Assembly (NCBI GenBank): GCA_947478395.1
Contig: CANJVR010000001.1
Location: forward strand, 352,001-416,000
Length of the DNA: 64,000 nt
DNA from: Opitutia bacterium
GTDB lineage: Bacteria > Verrucomicrobiota > Verrucomicrobiia > Opitutales > Opitutaceae
Reading direction: 5' to 3'
Shown: positions 19,105 through 29,104 of the stretch, one piece after another
Layout: every line of letters starts with the position of its first letter
How positions within the stretch are numbered: the first letter of the stretch is position 1
Position numbers and translations under genes: made by a program
Notes under the pieces: generated by a model
Told to the model about the DNA's origin: nothing
The model's input: only the letters and a program-made list of their open reading frames with translations
The model's database searches: none

Positions 19105-20607
19105 TTATTTTGAGAAATGCCGGTAAGCCGCAATTCCCACCCCCAACAGCAACAATCCGAGCATCGGCAGTGCGAGTTTCATGATTGCATCCGAGCTGAG
19201 CGCCTCGCCGGTCATGCCTTGGCGGGTGTCGGCGCGGGAACGAACCCGGCCTTTCTTGAGGAATCCGTCGTAGTGACGTTGCAACAGGAAAGTTTCCACC
19301 TGGCGCATCGTATCGAGAATAACGCCCACGGTGATTAGCATGCCGGTACCACCGAAGAACACAGCGATGCGTTGAGGGACTTTGAGCTCGAAAAGCAACA
19401 CGTCCGGCATGACGGCGATGACCGTCAGGAAGATCGCACCGGCGAGGGTGAGCCGCGTCATGATAAAATCGAGGAACTGCGCCGTCGGCTCGCCAGGGCG
19501 AACTCCGGGAATGTAGCCTCCGTATTTCTTCAAGTCGTCGGCGATCTGGATGGGCTTGAACATGACCGACACCCAAAAGTAGCTGAAGAACATGATCAGC
19601 ACGGTATCGATAAGGTAATAGCTCCAGTGCCCTCGCAGCAGGTTCTGGGAAATATCGACCAAAAACTTGATCTTAAAATGCGCGCCAACCTGAGAAAATA
19701 TCTGCTGCGGAAAGAGAAGGATCGCACTCGCGAAGATGACGGGCATGACGCCGGAGTAATTTACCTTCAGCGGGAGAAATGAGCTTTGGCCGCCCATGAC
19801 CTTGTTGCCGACGACCCGCTTGGCGTATTGCACCGGGATTTTGCGCTGCCCCTGAACGACGAGAATGATGCCCATCGTCACAATCAAGAAGAGCAAAACC
19901 ATCACCAGCGCCTGCGGCAGTCCGAGATTTTGACCGGTCCCGACTGGACGGAAGAACAAGTCGTAGGTGGCGGTGGCCGCACCGGGGATGTCGGCGAGAA
20001 TGCCGACCGTGATCAGCAACGACACGCCGTTGCCGATGCCACGCTGGGTGATTTGCTCACCGAGCCACATCAGCAGCATCGTGCCCGCGGTCATAAAAAT
20101 CACCGATGTAACCAGGAAGGATCCCTTGGAAGCAGTCACGATCGGCCCGTAGACATTAACATCGTAGCCCTGAAACAGAGCGCCGGGGTTTTCCAAATTC
20201 CAGATCAGCAGCGTGCCCTGGATAATGCAGATAAGCACCGTGGCATAACGCATGTACTGCGTGAGTTTCTGGCGGCCAACATCGCCTTCCTGTTGGAGCC
20301 GGCTCAACGCCGGGACGACCGCGGTCATCAATTGGAAGATGATCGAGGCGCTGATATACGGCATGATGCCGAGCGCGGCGATGGCGCCCTTCACGAGCGC
20401 GCCGCCAGTGAACATGTTGTAGAGACCGACTAGTGCGCCGCCGGAACCGCCGGCCTGTTGCTTGAAGAATTCCTGCAGCGGGTGCGGATCAATCCCCGGC
20501 AGGGGAATGTGAGCGGCGACGCGGGCGACGAACAACAACGAGAGCGTATAGAAAATGCGCGAGCGAAGCTCGGGAATTTTCAGGGAGTTCGTGAAAGCGG
20601 AAAACAC
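19105..20607 (-). CDS. secY: Preprotein translocase subunit SecY
   Basis: LGIMPYISASII, WLGEQITQRGIGNGVS, IPGVRPG, FGGTGMLITVGV; GTG start. Confidence 0.99.
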   Translation of the reverse strand: MFSAFTNSLKIPELRSRIFYTLSLLFVARVAAHIPLPGIDPHPLQEFFKQQAGGSGGALVGLYNMFTGGALVKGAIAALGIMPYISASIIFQLMTAVVPALSRLQQEGDVGRQKLTQYMRYATVLICIIQGTLLIWNLENPGALFQGYDVNVYGPIVTASKGSFLVTSVIFMTAGTMLLMWLGEQITQRGIGNGVSLLITVGILADIPGAATATYDLFFRPVGTGQNLGLPQALVMVLLFLIVTMGIILVVQGQRKIPVQYAKRVVGNKVMGGQSSFLPLKVNYSGVMPVIFASAILLFPQQIFSQVGAHFKIKFLVDISQNLLRGHWSYYLIDTVLIMFFSYFWVSVMFKPIQIADDLKKYGGYIPGVRPGEPTAQFLDFIMTRLTLAGAIFLTVIAVMPDVLLFELKVPQRIAVFFGGTGMLITVGVILDTMRQVETFLLQRHYDGFLKKGRVRSRADTRQGMTGEALSSDAIMKLALPMLGLLLLGVGIAAYRHFSK

Positions 20608-20616
20608 GGTTTGAGG

Positions 20617-20710
20617 GATTTTCGAATTTGGATTCTCGATTTTCGATTACAGGTTTCGATTCTTCACAACAGCGCGGAAATCGAAAATCAGGAATCGAAA
20701 ATCGAAAATG
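20617..20710. repeat. Heptamer-periodic inverted repeat (GATTTTC)n ... (GAAAATC)n between rplO and secY
   Basis: GATTTTC GAATTTG GATTCTC GATTTTC GATTACA ... GAAAATC AGGAATC GAAAATC GAAAATG. Confidence 0.85.
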
Positions 20711-20712
20711 GA

Positions 20713-21159
20713 TCAGCCCACGATAACTTGGCCACCGGCTTTCTCGATCTTGGCCTTGGCCGAGTCGGAAAACTTCGATGCGGTGATCTTGAAAGCCCGG
20801 GTGAGTTCACCGTCACCGAGCACCTTGAGATATTTCTCGTCGTGGCGGATCAAGCCGGCGTTGGCCAGGACCTCGGCGTTGACGTCGGTCACGCTCGCAT
20901 CGAGTCGGGAGAGATCGCCGAGGTTCACGATGACGGGCTCAACGCGGAACGAAGCCTGATTAAAGCCGCGATGCGGGAGCTTGCGGTACAGGGGCATCTG
21001 GCCGCCTTCGAAGCCGGGCCGAATACTGCTGCCAGAACGGGCCGACTGACCTTTGCCACCGCGGCCGGAGGTCTTGCCGTGGCCGCTGCCTTCGCCGCAA
21101 CCAACGCGTTTCTTGCGGTGGATCGCACCGGCAACGTTTTTAAGTTCGTGGAGTTTCAT
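20713..21159 (-). CDS. rplO: 50S ribosomal protein L15
   Basis: GSGHGKTSGRGGKGQSARSG, FEGGQMPLYRKLP. Confidence 0.99.
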   Translation of the reverse strand: MKLHELKNVAGAIHRKKRVGCGEGSGHGKTSGRGGKGQSARSGSSIRPGFEGGQMPLYRKLPHRGFNQASFRVEPVIVNLGDLSRLDASVTDVNAEVLANAGLIRHDEKYLKVLGDGELTRAFKITASKFSDSAKAKIEKAGGQVIVG

Positions 21160-21236
21160 AAATTTCCTAAGTGAGGGCGCCCCACCCCGCCGCTCAAAGA
21201 GCGCGAAGTGGAACTCGGATTGGGTTTAAAAATAAA

Positions 21237-21899
21237 TCAGACCGTGGCGGACGTCGCTTGACGGAGCGCCGTGATGTCTTCGGACGTACGGAGCTGCTGC
21301 AGTGCAGCAAGCGTGGCGTTCACGACGGCGATGTGATTGTTGGAACCCATCGATTTCGTAAGTACATTCTTCACGCCAGCCGCTTCTAGGACAGCCCGGA
21401 CACCGCCGCCGGCGATGAGGCCGGTACCAGGTGAAGCGGGCCTGAGGAGGACTTTACCGCCGTCGTATTCGCCGAAGACGTCATGGGAGATGGTGTCGCC
21501 CTTGAGCTTCACCTTGACCATGTGCTTGTGAGCATTGGCAGTGCCCTTCTTGATGGCGTCGGGCACTTCGTTGGCCTTGCCGTAGCCGATGCCGATCTTG
21601 CCCTTGCCATCGCCAACGACGGCGAGAGCAGAAAAGCTAAAACGGCGACCGCCCTTAACGACCTTGGCGCAGCGGTTGATGAAGACGACCTTCTCGATCA
21701 TCGTCGTGCCGTCGGCGGAAATCGTGGGCTTGTTGCGGTCGTCGCGGCGCGGGCCGCGGGGGCCACCGCCAGGACCGTCACGACGGGGGCCACGCTGTCC
21801 ACGCTCGCCACCGCGAGCTGGCGCGGGAGCGGCAGCCGGTACGGTCGCCGGAGCGGGAGAAGCAGAAGCAGGAACGGAAGAAACGGGATCGGAGCTCAT
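21237..21899 (-). CDS. rpsE: 30S ribosomal protein S5
   Basis: [28 protein letters not shown]. Confidence 0.99.
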   Translation of the reverse strand: MSSDPVSSVPASASPAPATVPAAAPAPARGGERGQRGPRRDGPGGGPRGPRRDDRNKPTISADGTTMIEKVVFINRCAKVVKGGRRFSFSALAVVGDGKGKIGIGYGKANEVPDAIKKGTANAHKHMVKVKLKGDTISHDVFGEYDGGKVLLRPASPGTGLIAGGGVRAVLEAAGVKNVLTKSMGSNNHIAVVNATLAALQQLRTSEDITALRQATSATV

Positions 21900-21908
21900 A
21901 GGCGAGGA

Positions 21909-22271
21909 TTAGAATACGAGACCGGCTTCCCGGGCAGTGTCGGCAAATGCCTTGACCTTGCCGTGGTAACGGGCGCCGTTGCGGTCGAATACGACAGAGG
22001 TGATGCCAGCGGCTTTCGCCTTGGCGGTGAATGCAGACGCCAGCAACTTGGCGCCCTTAACATTGGCGGCGAGCTTCTGCTTGCGCAGGTCGGGATCGAG
22101 CGTGCCAAGAAAAACGAGCGTTGTGCCGGCTTCGTCGTCAATGGCTTGGGCGTAGATGTTTTGGCCGGTGAATTTGACGCTGAGACGCGGGCGGACGGCG
22201 GTGCCGTTGACCTTCTTGCGAATGCGCCAGCGACGCTTCTGCAGCAAATTGGCCTTGTAGATAGTATTCAT
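21909..22271 (-). CDS. rplR: 50S ribosomal protein L18
   Basis: RPRLSV, IYAQAIDD, VVFDRNGARYHGKVKA. Confidence 0.98.
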   Translation of the reverse strand: MNTIYKANLLQKRRWRIRKKVNGTAVRPRLSVKFTGQNIYAQAIDDEAGTTLVFLGTLDPDLRKQKLAANVKGAKLLASAFTAKAKAAGITSVVFDRNGARYHGKVKAFADTAREAGLVF

Positions 22272-22306
22272 GGGTAGTGTCCCGAGATAAAATGTTACGA
22301 CTTAAA

Positions 22307-22843
22307 TTAAGCGACTGTCTTGCCTTCCTTGCGGCGGACGCGCTCGCCCACGATGCGAACACCTTTACCCTTGTAGGGCTCGGGCGGATAATAACTGCGG
22401 ATCTCGGCCGTGACCGCGCCGACGAGCTGCTTGTCGCAACCTTCGACTTTCACCTTGGTGCCTTCGACAACGGTGATCTTGATGCCGTCAGGTATGTCCA
22501 TGACGATCGGGTGCGAATAACCAAGCGCGAGATCGAGCTGTTTTCCCTTGAGGTTAGCCTTGAAGCCGACGCCTTGGATTTCGAGATCTTTAACGTACCC
22601 TTCGGTCACACCTTTTACCATGCTCGCGATAATCGAGCGCGCTGTGCCGAACATGGCACTGGCGAAGCGGGAGTCCTCCGTGGGAGCGACGGTGACTTTA
22701 CTGTCAGCCACGGAAATTTTAACGACAGGCGCGAACGTCTTGGAGACTTTGCCCTTCGGGCCCTCGACATTGACGGTCATATTGGTCACGAGGACCTTGA
22801 CCTTGTCGGGGATAATAATGGGTTGTTTGCCGATGCGGCTCAT
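22307..22843 (-). CDS. rplF: 50S ribosomal protein L6
   Basis: MSRIGKQPI, LGYSHP, PEPYKGKGVR. Confidence 0.99.
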   Translation of the reverse strand: MSRIGKQPIIIPDKVKVLVTNMTVNVEGPKGKVSKTFAPVVKISVADSKVTVAPTEDSRFASAMFGTARSIIASMVKGVTEGYVKDLEIQGVGFKANLKGKQLDLALGYSHPIVMDIPDGIKITVVEGTKVKVEGCDKQLVGAVTAEIRSYYPPEPYKGKGVRIVGERVRRKEGKTVA

Positions 22844-22855
22844 AGTGCGGGCGGG

Positions 22856-23248
22856 TTACCAAACGTTGCAGATCAATTCGCCGCCGGCTTTATTGCGGCG
22901 ACAGTCGGAGTCTTTCATCAGACCCTTCGACGTGGAAACGATGGCGATGCCGAGGCCGTTGAGGACGCGCGGAATCTCGGTGTAGCTGGCATAGAGCCGG
23001 CGGCCAGGGGTCGAAGTGCGATCGATACCGGTAATGGCCGGAGCGCCTTCGATGTATTTCATTTTCACCACGAGAGTCTTATGACCACTCTGGTCGACGC
23101 CGTCCGAGAAATCGGCGATATAGCCCTCGGTTTTGAGAATGGCGGCGATGGCGGCTTTTAGGGTCGAGTGCGGGGAAACGCACAGATCGAGGCGCGCCTT
23201 GCTGGCATTGCGGAGGCGCGTGGTGAAATCACTGATCGGGTCGGTCAT
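22856..23248 (-). CDS. rpsH: 30S ribosomal protein S8
   Basis: DPISDFTTRLRNA, STPGRRLY, GLGIAIVSTSKG. Confidence 0.99.
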   Translation of the reverse strand: MTDPISDFTTRLRNASKARLDLCVSPHSTLKAAIAAILKTEGYIADFSDGVDQSGHKTLVVKMKYIEGAPAITGIDRTSTPGRRLYASYTEIPRVLNGLGIAIVSTSKGLMKDSDCRRNKAGGELICNVW

Positions 23249-23305
23249 GGTGGATGTTGGGTTGAGGGCTCGCGGGTCATATCCGACTCCCGCGGGCGAT
23301 TTAAA

Positions 23306-23611
23306 TTACCAGGAGGATTTCGTCACGCCAGGTATCTTGCCGGCGAGAGCGAGTTCGCGGAACTGAATGCGGGACACACCGTATTTGCGGTGATAGGCGC
23401 GCGGACGGCCGCTCATCGAGCAGCGGTTGCGGATGCGCACGGCGGAAGAATTGCGGGGCAGTTTCTGCAGCTTCTTAGAAGCGGCGAAAAATTCTTCGTC
23501 GGTGGTGGCGGGATTGGCGAGGGCTGCCTTCAAGTCAGCGCGTACCGTGGCGTACTTGGCGACGAGGTTGATGCGCTTCTTATTGCGCTCGATGGCGGAG
23601 GTCTTCGGCAT
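23306..23611 (-). CDS. rpsN: 30S ribosomal protein S14 (long, zinc-independent form)
   Basis: [33 protein letters not shown]; start ATG 23611; only one Cys. Confidence 0.97.
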   Translation of the reverse strand: MPKTSAIERNKKRINLVAKYATVRADLKAALANPATTDEEFFAASKKLQKLPRNSSAVRIRNRCSMSGRPRAYHRKYGVSRIQFRELALAGKIPGVTKSSW

Positions 23612-23645
23612 GGTAGGCGGAGTTGAACTTAAATTCGTTGGGCGA

Positions 23646-24215
23646 TTACGCGGCGGAAGCCGTCTTGGTTTCGACACGGCGGAAGGGCATGCCGAGCAGC
23701 TTGAGCAATTCGCGACCTTCGTCGTCGTTGCTCGCGGTCGTCACGATCGTGATGTCGAGCCCCATCGTCTTCTTCACGTTTTCAACCGTGATTTCGGGGA
23801 AAATAGTGAAGTCGGAAATGCCAAGGTTGTAGTTGCCTTGGCCGTCGAGCTTGGGCGGCACGCCGCGGAAATCGCGAATCGTGGGGAGCGCCACCGCCAG
23901 CAGACGGTAGAGGAATTCCCACATCGAGTTGCCGCGAAGCGTCACACGACAGCCTACGGTCTGGTTCTCTCGGAGCTTGAAATTCGAAATGGCCTTACGG
24001 GACTTCGTCAGCACCGGCTTTTGGCCCGCGATTGCCGCGAGATCGCGCTGGATGTCCACGATCTGGTTTTTGTCAGCCTCGGCATCGATGCCGGTGTTCA
24101 GGCTGATCTTGAGGATCTTCGGCACCTGATGCTTGTTTTGGTAGCCGCGGCTCTTCATGAGCTCGGCATAAACCTGCTCATTGTAGATTTTCTTAAGAAT
24201 AGGAACGTAGCTCAT
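23646..24215 (-). CDS. rplE: 50S ribosomal protein L5
   Basis: [40 protein letters not shown]; start ATG 24215. Confidence 0.98.
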   Translation of the reverse strand: MSYVPILKKIYNEQVYAELMKSRGYQNKHQVPKILKISLNTGIDAEADKNQIVDIQRDLAAIAGQKPVLTKSRKAISNFKLRENQTVGCRVTLRGNSMWEFLYRLLAVALPTIRDFRGVPPKLDGQGNYNLGISDFTIFPEITVENVKKTMGLDITIVTTASNDDEGRELLKLLGMPFRRVETKTASAA

Positions 24216-24321
24216 TTTGAGATCCACCGGATTTCCGACCCGGCGGCGTAAAGGTGAGTATTAAGGGAGAAAAGGGTCAGTAGGCCACACGCTTCGCCGG
24301 AATGGCAAGCGCGCAGTGGGT

Positions 24322-24600
24322 TTAGGCCGTTACAGGAGCAGCGGCCTTCTTGCGTTTGCTGGCGTCATGGACGGCCTTGAGCATCAAATTCGAGACGTGG
24401 ATCGAGCCTTCTCGCTCGATAATCGCGCCCTGCGGATGCTCCGTGGATTTTTTCAGGTGGCGCTTCATCATCGCGAGACCCTCGACGCGGGCGCGGGATT
24501 TAACGGCGAGAACCTCGAGGATCTTGCCTTCCTTGCCCTTTTGGGAGCCGGCGATGACGACCACCTGGTCGTTGCGTTTAACGTGAAATTTCGTGGCCAT
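24322..24600 (-). CDS. rplX: 50S ribosomal protein L24
   Basis: KOW motif DQVVVIAGSQKGKEGKI, IHVSNLM. Confidence 0.96.
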   Translation of the reverse strand: MATKFHVKRNDQVVVIAGSQKGKEGKILEVLAVKSRARVEGLAMMKRHLKKSTEHPQGAIIEREGSIHVSNLMLKAVHDASKRKKAAAPVTA

Positions 24601-24601
24601 G

Positions 24602-24967
24602 TTAAAGAACCTCCGGAGCGAGCGAGATGATCTTCATGAAGTTTTTCGCGCGCAGTTCGCGAGCGACGGGCCCGAAGATGCGGGTGCCCTTAGGATTATT
24701 GGAAGCGTCGATGATGACGATCGCGTTGCTGTCGAAGCGCAGGTAACTGCCGTCGGCCCGGCGGACCGGCGCCTTCGTGCGAACGACGACGGCCTTGGCG
24801 ACCTCGCCCTTCTTAACCGTGGCCTCGGTAGCGCTCTGTTTGATGTGAACCGTGATAATGTCGCCGACCGAAGCGGTGTCGGTGATCTGGCCTTTTTTCG
24901 AAATCATCGCGGCCTTGCGGGCGCCGGTGTTGTCGACGACGTCGAGGATGGAGCGGAGTTGGATCAT
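24602..24967 (-). CDS. rplN: 50S ribosomal protein L14
   Basis: [31 protein letters not shown]. Confidence 0.99.
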   Translation of the reverse strand: MIQLRSILDVVDNTGARKAAMISKKGQITDTASVGDIITVHIKQSATEATVKKGEVAKAVVVRTKAPVRRADGSYLRFDSNAIVIIDASNNPKGTRIFGPVARELRAKNFMKIISLAPEVL

Positions 24968-25004
24968 GACGAACCTTGTTGGATTGGGCGGTGGTTAATT
25001 GAAA

Positions 25005-25367
25005 TCAGACCGCGGGCTTCGCCGTGGAGGCGGCGGTGGTCTTGGTGGGCACCTGGGCGGCGACGTCGTTCTCGCTGATCGCAACGGCATCAGTCGTGAT
25101 GGCGTGCTGGACAACGCTGATGACACGCCAGCGCTTCAAGCGGCTGATAGGACGCGTCTCCATGATCTCGACCTTATCGCCGACCTTGGTCTCATTCTTC
25201 TCGTCATGCGTGTGCACGACGGTCTTGCGATTGATGACCTTGTGGTAAAGCGGATGGGGAGTCTTGTACGCGATCGTGACCTTGATGGATTTGTCGCCGG
25301 AGCGGCTGGTGACGAAGCCGATGAGGGTCTTGCGCGTATTGCGCGAACCGGAAGTGGCAGTGGACAT
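25005..25367 (-). CDS. rpsQ: 30S ribosomal protein S17
   Basis: HPLYHKVI, HDEKN, ETRPISRLKRWR. Confidence 0.98.
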   Translation of the reverse strand: MSTATSGSRNTRKTLIGFVTSRSGDKSIKVTIAYKTPHPLYHKVINRKTVVHTHDEKNETKVGDKVEIMETRPISRLKRWRVISVVQHAITTDAVAISENDVAAQVPTKTTAASTAKPAV

Positions 25368-25375
25368 GGTTTGAG

Positions 25376-25451
25376 TGCTTTAAGGTTTAAAGGGATAAGT
25401 TTTAAGGTCGGAAACGAGGAAGCTTACGCTCTTACCGCTTAAACCTTATCG
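25376..25451. repeat. Heptamer-periodic inverted repeat (TTTAAG-type) between rpmC and rpsQ
   Basis: CTTTAAG GTTTAAA GGGATAAG TTTTAAG ... CTTACGC TCTTACCG CTTAAAC CTTATCG. Confidence 0.65.
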
Positions 25452-25457
25452 TGCTGG

Positions 25458-25664
25458 TCAGGCGGCAGCCGGAGCCGATTTTTTCGGAGCGTTGAGCTGA
25501 GTCTGCAGGCGGGCGATGTCCTTACGGTAGCTGCGAAGCAGGTGTGGTTTTTCGATCTGCCCGGTTTGCTTACGCAGACGGAGTTGCAGCAGCTGTTCAC
25601 GCGTTTCGCGGAGCTTGGTGGTGATCTCGGCGGGCGAGAGTTCGCGGATTTCTTTGGCGGTCAT
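25458..25664 (-). CDS. rpmC: 50S ribosomal protein L29
   Basis: [36 protein letters not shown]; position after rplP. Confidence 0.96.
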   Translation of the reverse strand: MTAKEIRELSPAEITTKLRETREQLLQLRLRKQTGQIEKPHLLRSYRKDIARLQTQLNAPKKSAPAAA

Positions 25665-25694
25665 GTCGAGACGAGGTGTTAAAGATTAAGCGAC

Positions 25695-26117
25695 TTAGAC
25701 GGCGGTGCCTTCACGCACGATGAAACGGCAGTGAAACGGCAGCTTCGCGTCGGCGAGACGAAACGCCTCTTTGGCAACGGTGGAGGAAACGCCGGCGAGC
25801 TCGAACAGCACGGCGCCGGGCTTGATGACGGCGACGTAAAACTCCACCGGACCTTTGCCCTGGCCCATGCGCACTTCCTGCGGCTTCTTAGTGACGGGCT
25901 TGTGCGGGAACACACGGATCCAGAGTTTACCCTTGCGCTTCAAGTGACGCGAGATGGTCACACGAGCGGCTTCGATTTGCTGGCCGGTCATGGGACCGCG
26001 GGTGAGGGACTGCAGGCCGAATTCACCGAAGGCGAGCGTGTTGCCGCGCTTGGCATTGCCAGCGCGGGATCCTTTCATCGTCTTGCGGTATTTGGTGCGG
26101 GCGGGAGCTAGAGCCAT
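25695..26117 (-). CDS. rplP: 50S ribosomal protein L16
   Basis: [28 protein letters not shown]. Confidence 0.99.
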   Translation of the reverse strand: MALAPARTKYRKTMKGSRAGNAKRGNTLAFGEFGLQSLTRGPMTGQQIEAARVTISRHLKRKGKLWIRVFPHKPVTKKPQEVRMGQGKGPVEFYVAVIKPGAVLFELAGVSSTVAKEAFRLADAKLPFHCRFIVREGTAV

Positions 26118-26126
26118 GGGAAATTA

Positions 26127-26222
26127 GGATTTAAGATTTTTGATTTTCGGCTTCGAAATTTCCCAAGAGCGGCGGCGAATCGCTGGCGCAAAAGAGAATC
26201 GAGATTCGAATTTCTAAAATAC
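26127..26222. repeat. Heptamer-periodic inverted repeat between rpsC and rplP
   Basis: GATTTAA GATTTTT GATTTTC ... GAGAATC GAGATTC GAATTTC TAAAATA. Confidence 0.7.
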
Positions 26223-26224
26223 GA

Positions 26225-26860
26225 TTAGGGGGTCGCGGGCTCGTCTTTTTTACAGATCCAGCATTTGACGCCGATCTTGCCGTAAAGGGTGAGGGCTTCG
26301 GAAAAGCCGTAGTCGATGTTTTCGCGGAGCGTATGCAACGGCACACGACCCTTGCGCTGCCACTCGCGACGGGCGATGTCTGTGCCGCCGAGGCGGCCAG
26401 AGCATTGGATACGGATGCCTTCGGCACCGAGCGCCATGGCCATTTCGACGGCCTTCTTCATGGCCCGACGGAAAGCGATGCGGCGTTCGAGCTGCAGGGC
26501 GACGTTTTCAGCGACGAGCTGGGCCTCGATTTCGGGCTTCTTTACCTCCTGGATATCGAGGAGAATTTCCTTGCCCGTGAGTTTTGCGAGCTCGGCCTTG
26601 ATGTTTTCGACTTCGGCGCCCTTGCGACCGATTACAATGCCGGGGCGAGCAGTATAGATCTTAACGCGCACTCGGTTCGAGGCGCGCTCGATGAAGATGC
26701 GCGGCACGGAGGCCTGCTTAAGTTTCGCCATCAGCGTATTGCGGATGATCGAGTCTTCGAGGAGGAGCTTCGGGAATTCTTTCTTGTTCGCGAACCAGCG
26801 GGACTGCCAGTTGCGGCGGACAGCGAGACGGAAACCGATCGGATTAGTCTTTTGGCCCAT
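26225..26860 (-). CDS. rpsC: 30S ribosomal protein S3
   Basis: [31 protein letters not shown]. Confidence 0.99.
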   Translation of the reverse strand: MGQKTNPIGFRLAVRRNWQSRWFANKKEFPKLLLEDSIIRNTLMAKLKQASVPRIFIERASNRVRVKIYTARPGIVIGRKGAEVENIKAELAKLTGKEILLDIQEVKKPEIEAQLVAENVALQLERRIAFRRAMKKAVEMAMALGAEGIRIQCSGRLGGTDIARREWQRKGRVPLHTLRENIDYGFSEALTLYGKIGVKCWICKKDEPATP

Positions 26861-26869
26861 GGTAGTAAA

Positions 26870-27211
26870 TTATTCGGATTTGCCGTCAGAAAGGACGATG
26901 CGGATGTGGGACATCTTCTTGCGGCGGGGCATCGCAGTGCCACGTGCGCCGGCCTTGAAGCGCTTCAAGACGGGCCCGATGTCGATGACCGCGCTCTTGA
27001 TGAAGAGCGAGTCAGCCGAGAGGTTGTTGTTGTTCTCAGCATTCGCGATCGCGCTCTTCAGCGTCTTCACGATGAGCCGCGCGGATTTCCGCGGGATGAG
27101 CGTCAAATACTGTACTGCTTCGGCCGCGCGACGGCCTTGAATGATGCGGGTGACGTCGCGCATTTTTTTCGGCGACATCCGCGCGTAACGGGTAAGGGCT
27201 TGAACTTCCAT
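26870..27211 (-). CDS. rplV: 50S ribosomal protein L22
   Basis: RMSPKKMR, KTLKSAIANAENN, SHIRIVL. Confidence 0.98.
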   Translation of the reverse strand: MEVQALTRYARMSPKKMRDVTRIIQGRRAAEAVQYLTLIPRKSARLIVKTLKSAIANAENNNNLSADSLFIKSAVIDIGPVLKRFKAGARGTAMPRRKKMSHIRIVLSDGKSE

Positions 27212-27289
27212 GGTGATGAGGAGTATTCCGGTTTGAAACCGGCGATGGTAACAGGCACAAGGCCCGCCCCACCCTTTTGGTTGTAGGAA

Positions 27290-27622
27290 CTAGGTTTTGA
27301 TAATTTTGACCGCGGCGACGTCGCCGGAGCGGATGGCCTGGCCGGAAGCCAGGTTAAGGATGAGAGCGGCGGCACAATGGTCACGCAGCGCCACGAGCAA
27401 AACTTCGCCGATCACGGCCGGACCGCGCGTGACGCGGCACACCATGCCTTGGCGAAGACCGGCGTCGAAGCCGGACCCGACCAAAACGAGGTCGGCGGCC
27501 CCCGCCCGCTGAACCTCCACCACCTCGACTCCACCCGCCGAACGGAAGGTCGCAGCGCGCGCCGTAAACGGAGCAGCGGCGACGAACGCGGGCAGAATAA
27601 AGCTGAGCAGGCGACGGTACAC
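27290..27622 (-). CDS. Hypothetical exported small beta-rich protein inserted between rpsS and rplV
   Basis: GTG 27622 gives MYRRLLSFILPAFVAAAPFTARA|ATF...LVLVGSGFDAGLRQGMVCRVTRG...IGEVLLV...IRSGDVAAVK; signal-peptide-like N-terminus; fills the gap exactly. Confidence 0.8.
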   Translation of the reverse strand: MYRRLLSFILPAFVAAAPFTARAATFRSAGGVEVVEVQRAGAADLVLVGSGFDAGLRQGMVCRVTRGPAVIGEVLLVALRDHCAAALILNLASGQAIRSGDVAAVKIIKT

Positions 27623-27633
27623 GAGTGAGAAAC

Positions 27634-27909
27634 TTAAATTTCTTTGCGCGTCATGCCGCCGTGCGACTTGAAGATACGCGTCGGTGAGAACTCGCCCAGC
27701 TTGTGGCCGACCATGTTCTCGGTGACGTAGACGGCGATGAATGCCTTGCCATTGTGAACGCTGAACGTGTGGCCGATGAAGTCGGGCGTGATCGTCGAGC
27801 GGCGGGACCAGGTCTGGATGGGCTTCTTGCCGCCGGTCTTGACCGCCTTCTCGATTTTCTCGAGCAGGTGGTAATCGACGAAGAAACCTTTTTTGATGGA
27901 GCGTGCCAT
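27634..27909 (-). CDS. rpsS: 30S ribosomal protein S19
   Basis: [26 protein letters not shown]. Confidence 0.99.
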   Translation of the reverse strand: MARSIKKGFFVDYHLLEKIEKAVKTGGKKPIQTWSRRSTITPDFIGHTFSVHNGKAFIAVYVTENMVGHKLGEFSPTRIFKSHGGMTRKEI

Positions 27910-27927
27910 GGTACGGAAGGGGGCGGC

Positions 27928-28794
27928 TTACTTCTGGTTGCGGACCTTGCGGCCGTTGTGGTGCAGGATAATCGAATTGTTCGAGAGCTTCGTGCGTTTG
28001 CGCGTCGGGAAACCCTTCGCGAGCTGACCCCACGGGGACACGAGCTGCTGACGACCGCCGCCGCCCTTGGATTTACCCTGACCGCCACCGTTGGGGTGAT
28101 CGACGGGATTCATCGCGACGCCACGAACGTGGGGGCGACGACCAAGCCAACGAGCGCGACCGGCCTTGCCGAGCGATTGTTTACTGTGGTCACCGTTACC
28201 GACGGTGCCGATGGTCGCGCGACAATTCGCGTGGACGAAGCGGAGTTCGCCGGAAGGCATCTTAAGCTGGGCTTTGTCGCCTTCGACGCCGATCAGCTCG
28301 AGGCTTGCGCCGGCGGTACGGGCGATTTGCGCGCCACGACCAGGCACCAGCTCGACGCAGTGCAACTTGGTGGAGGGCGGAATCAGACGAAGGGGAAAAT
28401 TATTTCCGACCAGAAAATCGTTCGTCGTCGCTTTGTTTGAAGCGACGATCATTGCGCCGACCTCCAGACCTTCGGGTGCGATGATATAGGTTTTCTCGCC
28501 GTTCGAGTAGGAGATGAGGGCAAGATTGGCGCTGCGGTTAGGATCGTACTCGATCGCCTGCACCTTGGCCGGCATGTCGAGGACGTTGCGCTTGAAATCG
28601 ATGATGCGGTAAAGCTGCTTGTGACCGCCGCCCCGATGGCGTGAGGTCACGCGACCGTAGACGTTGCGGCCGCCGCTCTTGTGCTTCGACTCGGTGAGAG
28701 CCTTCTGCGGGCGCTCCTTCGACAGCGTCGGCTGCTTGTTCAGCGACGTGAAACGGCCGGAGGGCGTGAGGGGGCGAAAGGAATGAATGGGCAT
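27928..28794 (-). CDS. rplB: 50S ribosomal protein L2
   Basis: GGGHKQLYRIIDFKR, IEYDPNRSANLAL, VRGVAMNPVDHP. Confidence 0.99.
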   Translation of the reverse strand: MPIHSFRPLTPSGRFTSLNKQPTLSKERPQKALTESKHKSGGRNVYGRVTSRHRGGGHKQLYRIIDFKRNVLDMPAKVQAIEYDPNRSANLALISYSNGEKTYIIAPEGLEVGAMIVASNKATTNDFLVGNNFPLRLIPPSTKLHCVELVPGRGAQIARTAGASLELIGVEGDKAQLKMPSGELRFVHANCRATIGTVGNGDHSKQSLGKAGRARWLGRRPHVRGVAMNPVDHPNGGGQGKSKGGGGRQQLVSPWGQLAKGFPTRKRTKLSNNSIILHHNGRKVRNQK

Positions 28795-28822
28795 GGTGGT
28801 GGTTCCGGTTCGGCGCGTCGGT

Positions 28823-29104
28823 TTAAACGAGCTCGATCTTATCGCCGGCCTTCAGGGTCACGATCGCCTTCTTGAAGTCGGAGGTCATGCTGGGCTGGCC
28901 TTGGCGGCTCTTTTTGTTTTTGCCGCGGTAGTTCATCACATTCACGCGACGAACGGTGACCTTAAAGGTCTGCTCGACGGCTTCGGCGATGGCGTGCTTG
29001 TTGGCGTATTTGAACACCTCGAAGGTGTATTGGCCAAGTTCAGCGGACTGCTTGTTGGACTTTTCCGTGAGGAAAAGGGTTTTGAGGACGTTGTGAGCGT
29101 TCAT
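28823..29104 (-). CDS. rplW: 50S ribosomal protein L23
   Basis: TEKS, YTFEV..ANKHAIAEAVE, KKAIVTL. Confidence 0.98.
   Translation of the reverse strand: MNAHNVLKTLFLTEKSNKQSAELGQYTFEVFKYANKHAIAEAVEQTFKVTVRRVNVMNYRGKNKKSRQGQPSMTSDFKKAIVTLKAGDKIELV

Noticed and set aside
27623..28033. Upstream part of the 247-aa ORF 27290-28033
   Set aside because: Overlaps rpsS and rplB out of frame; only the part from GTG 27622 looks like a real protein.
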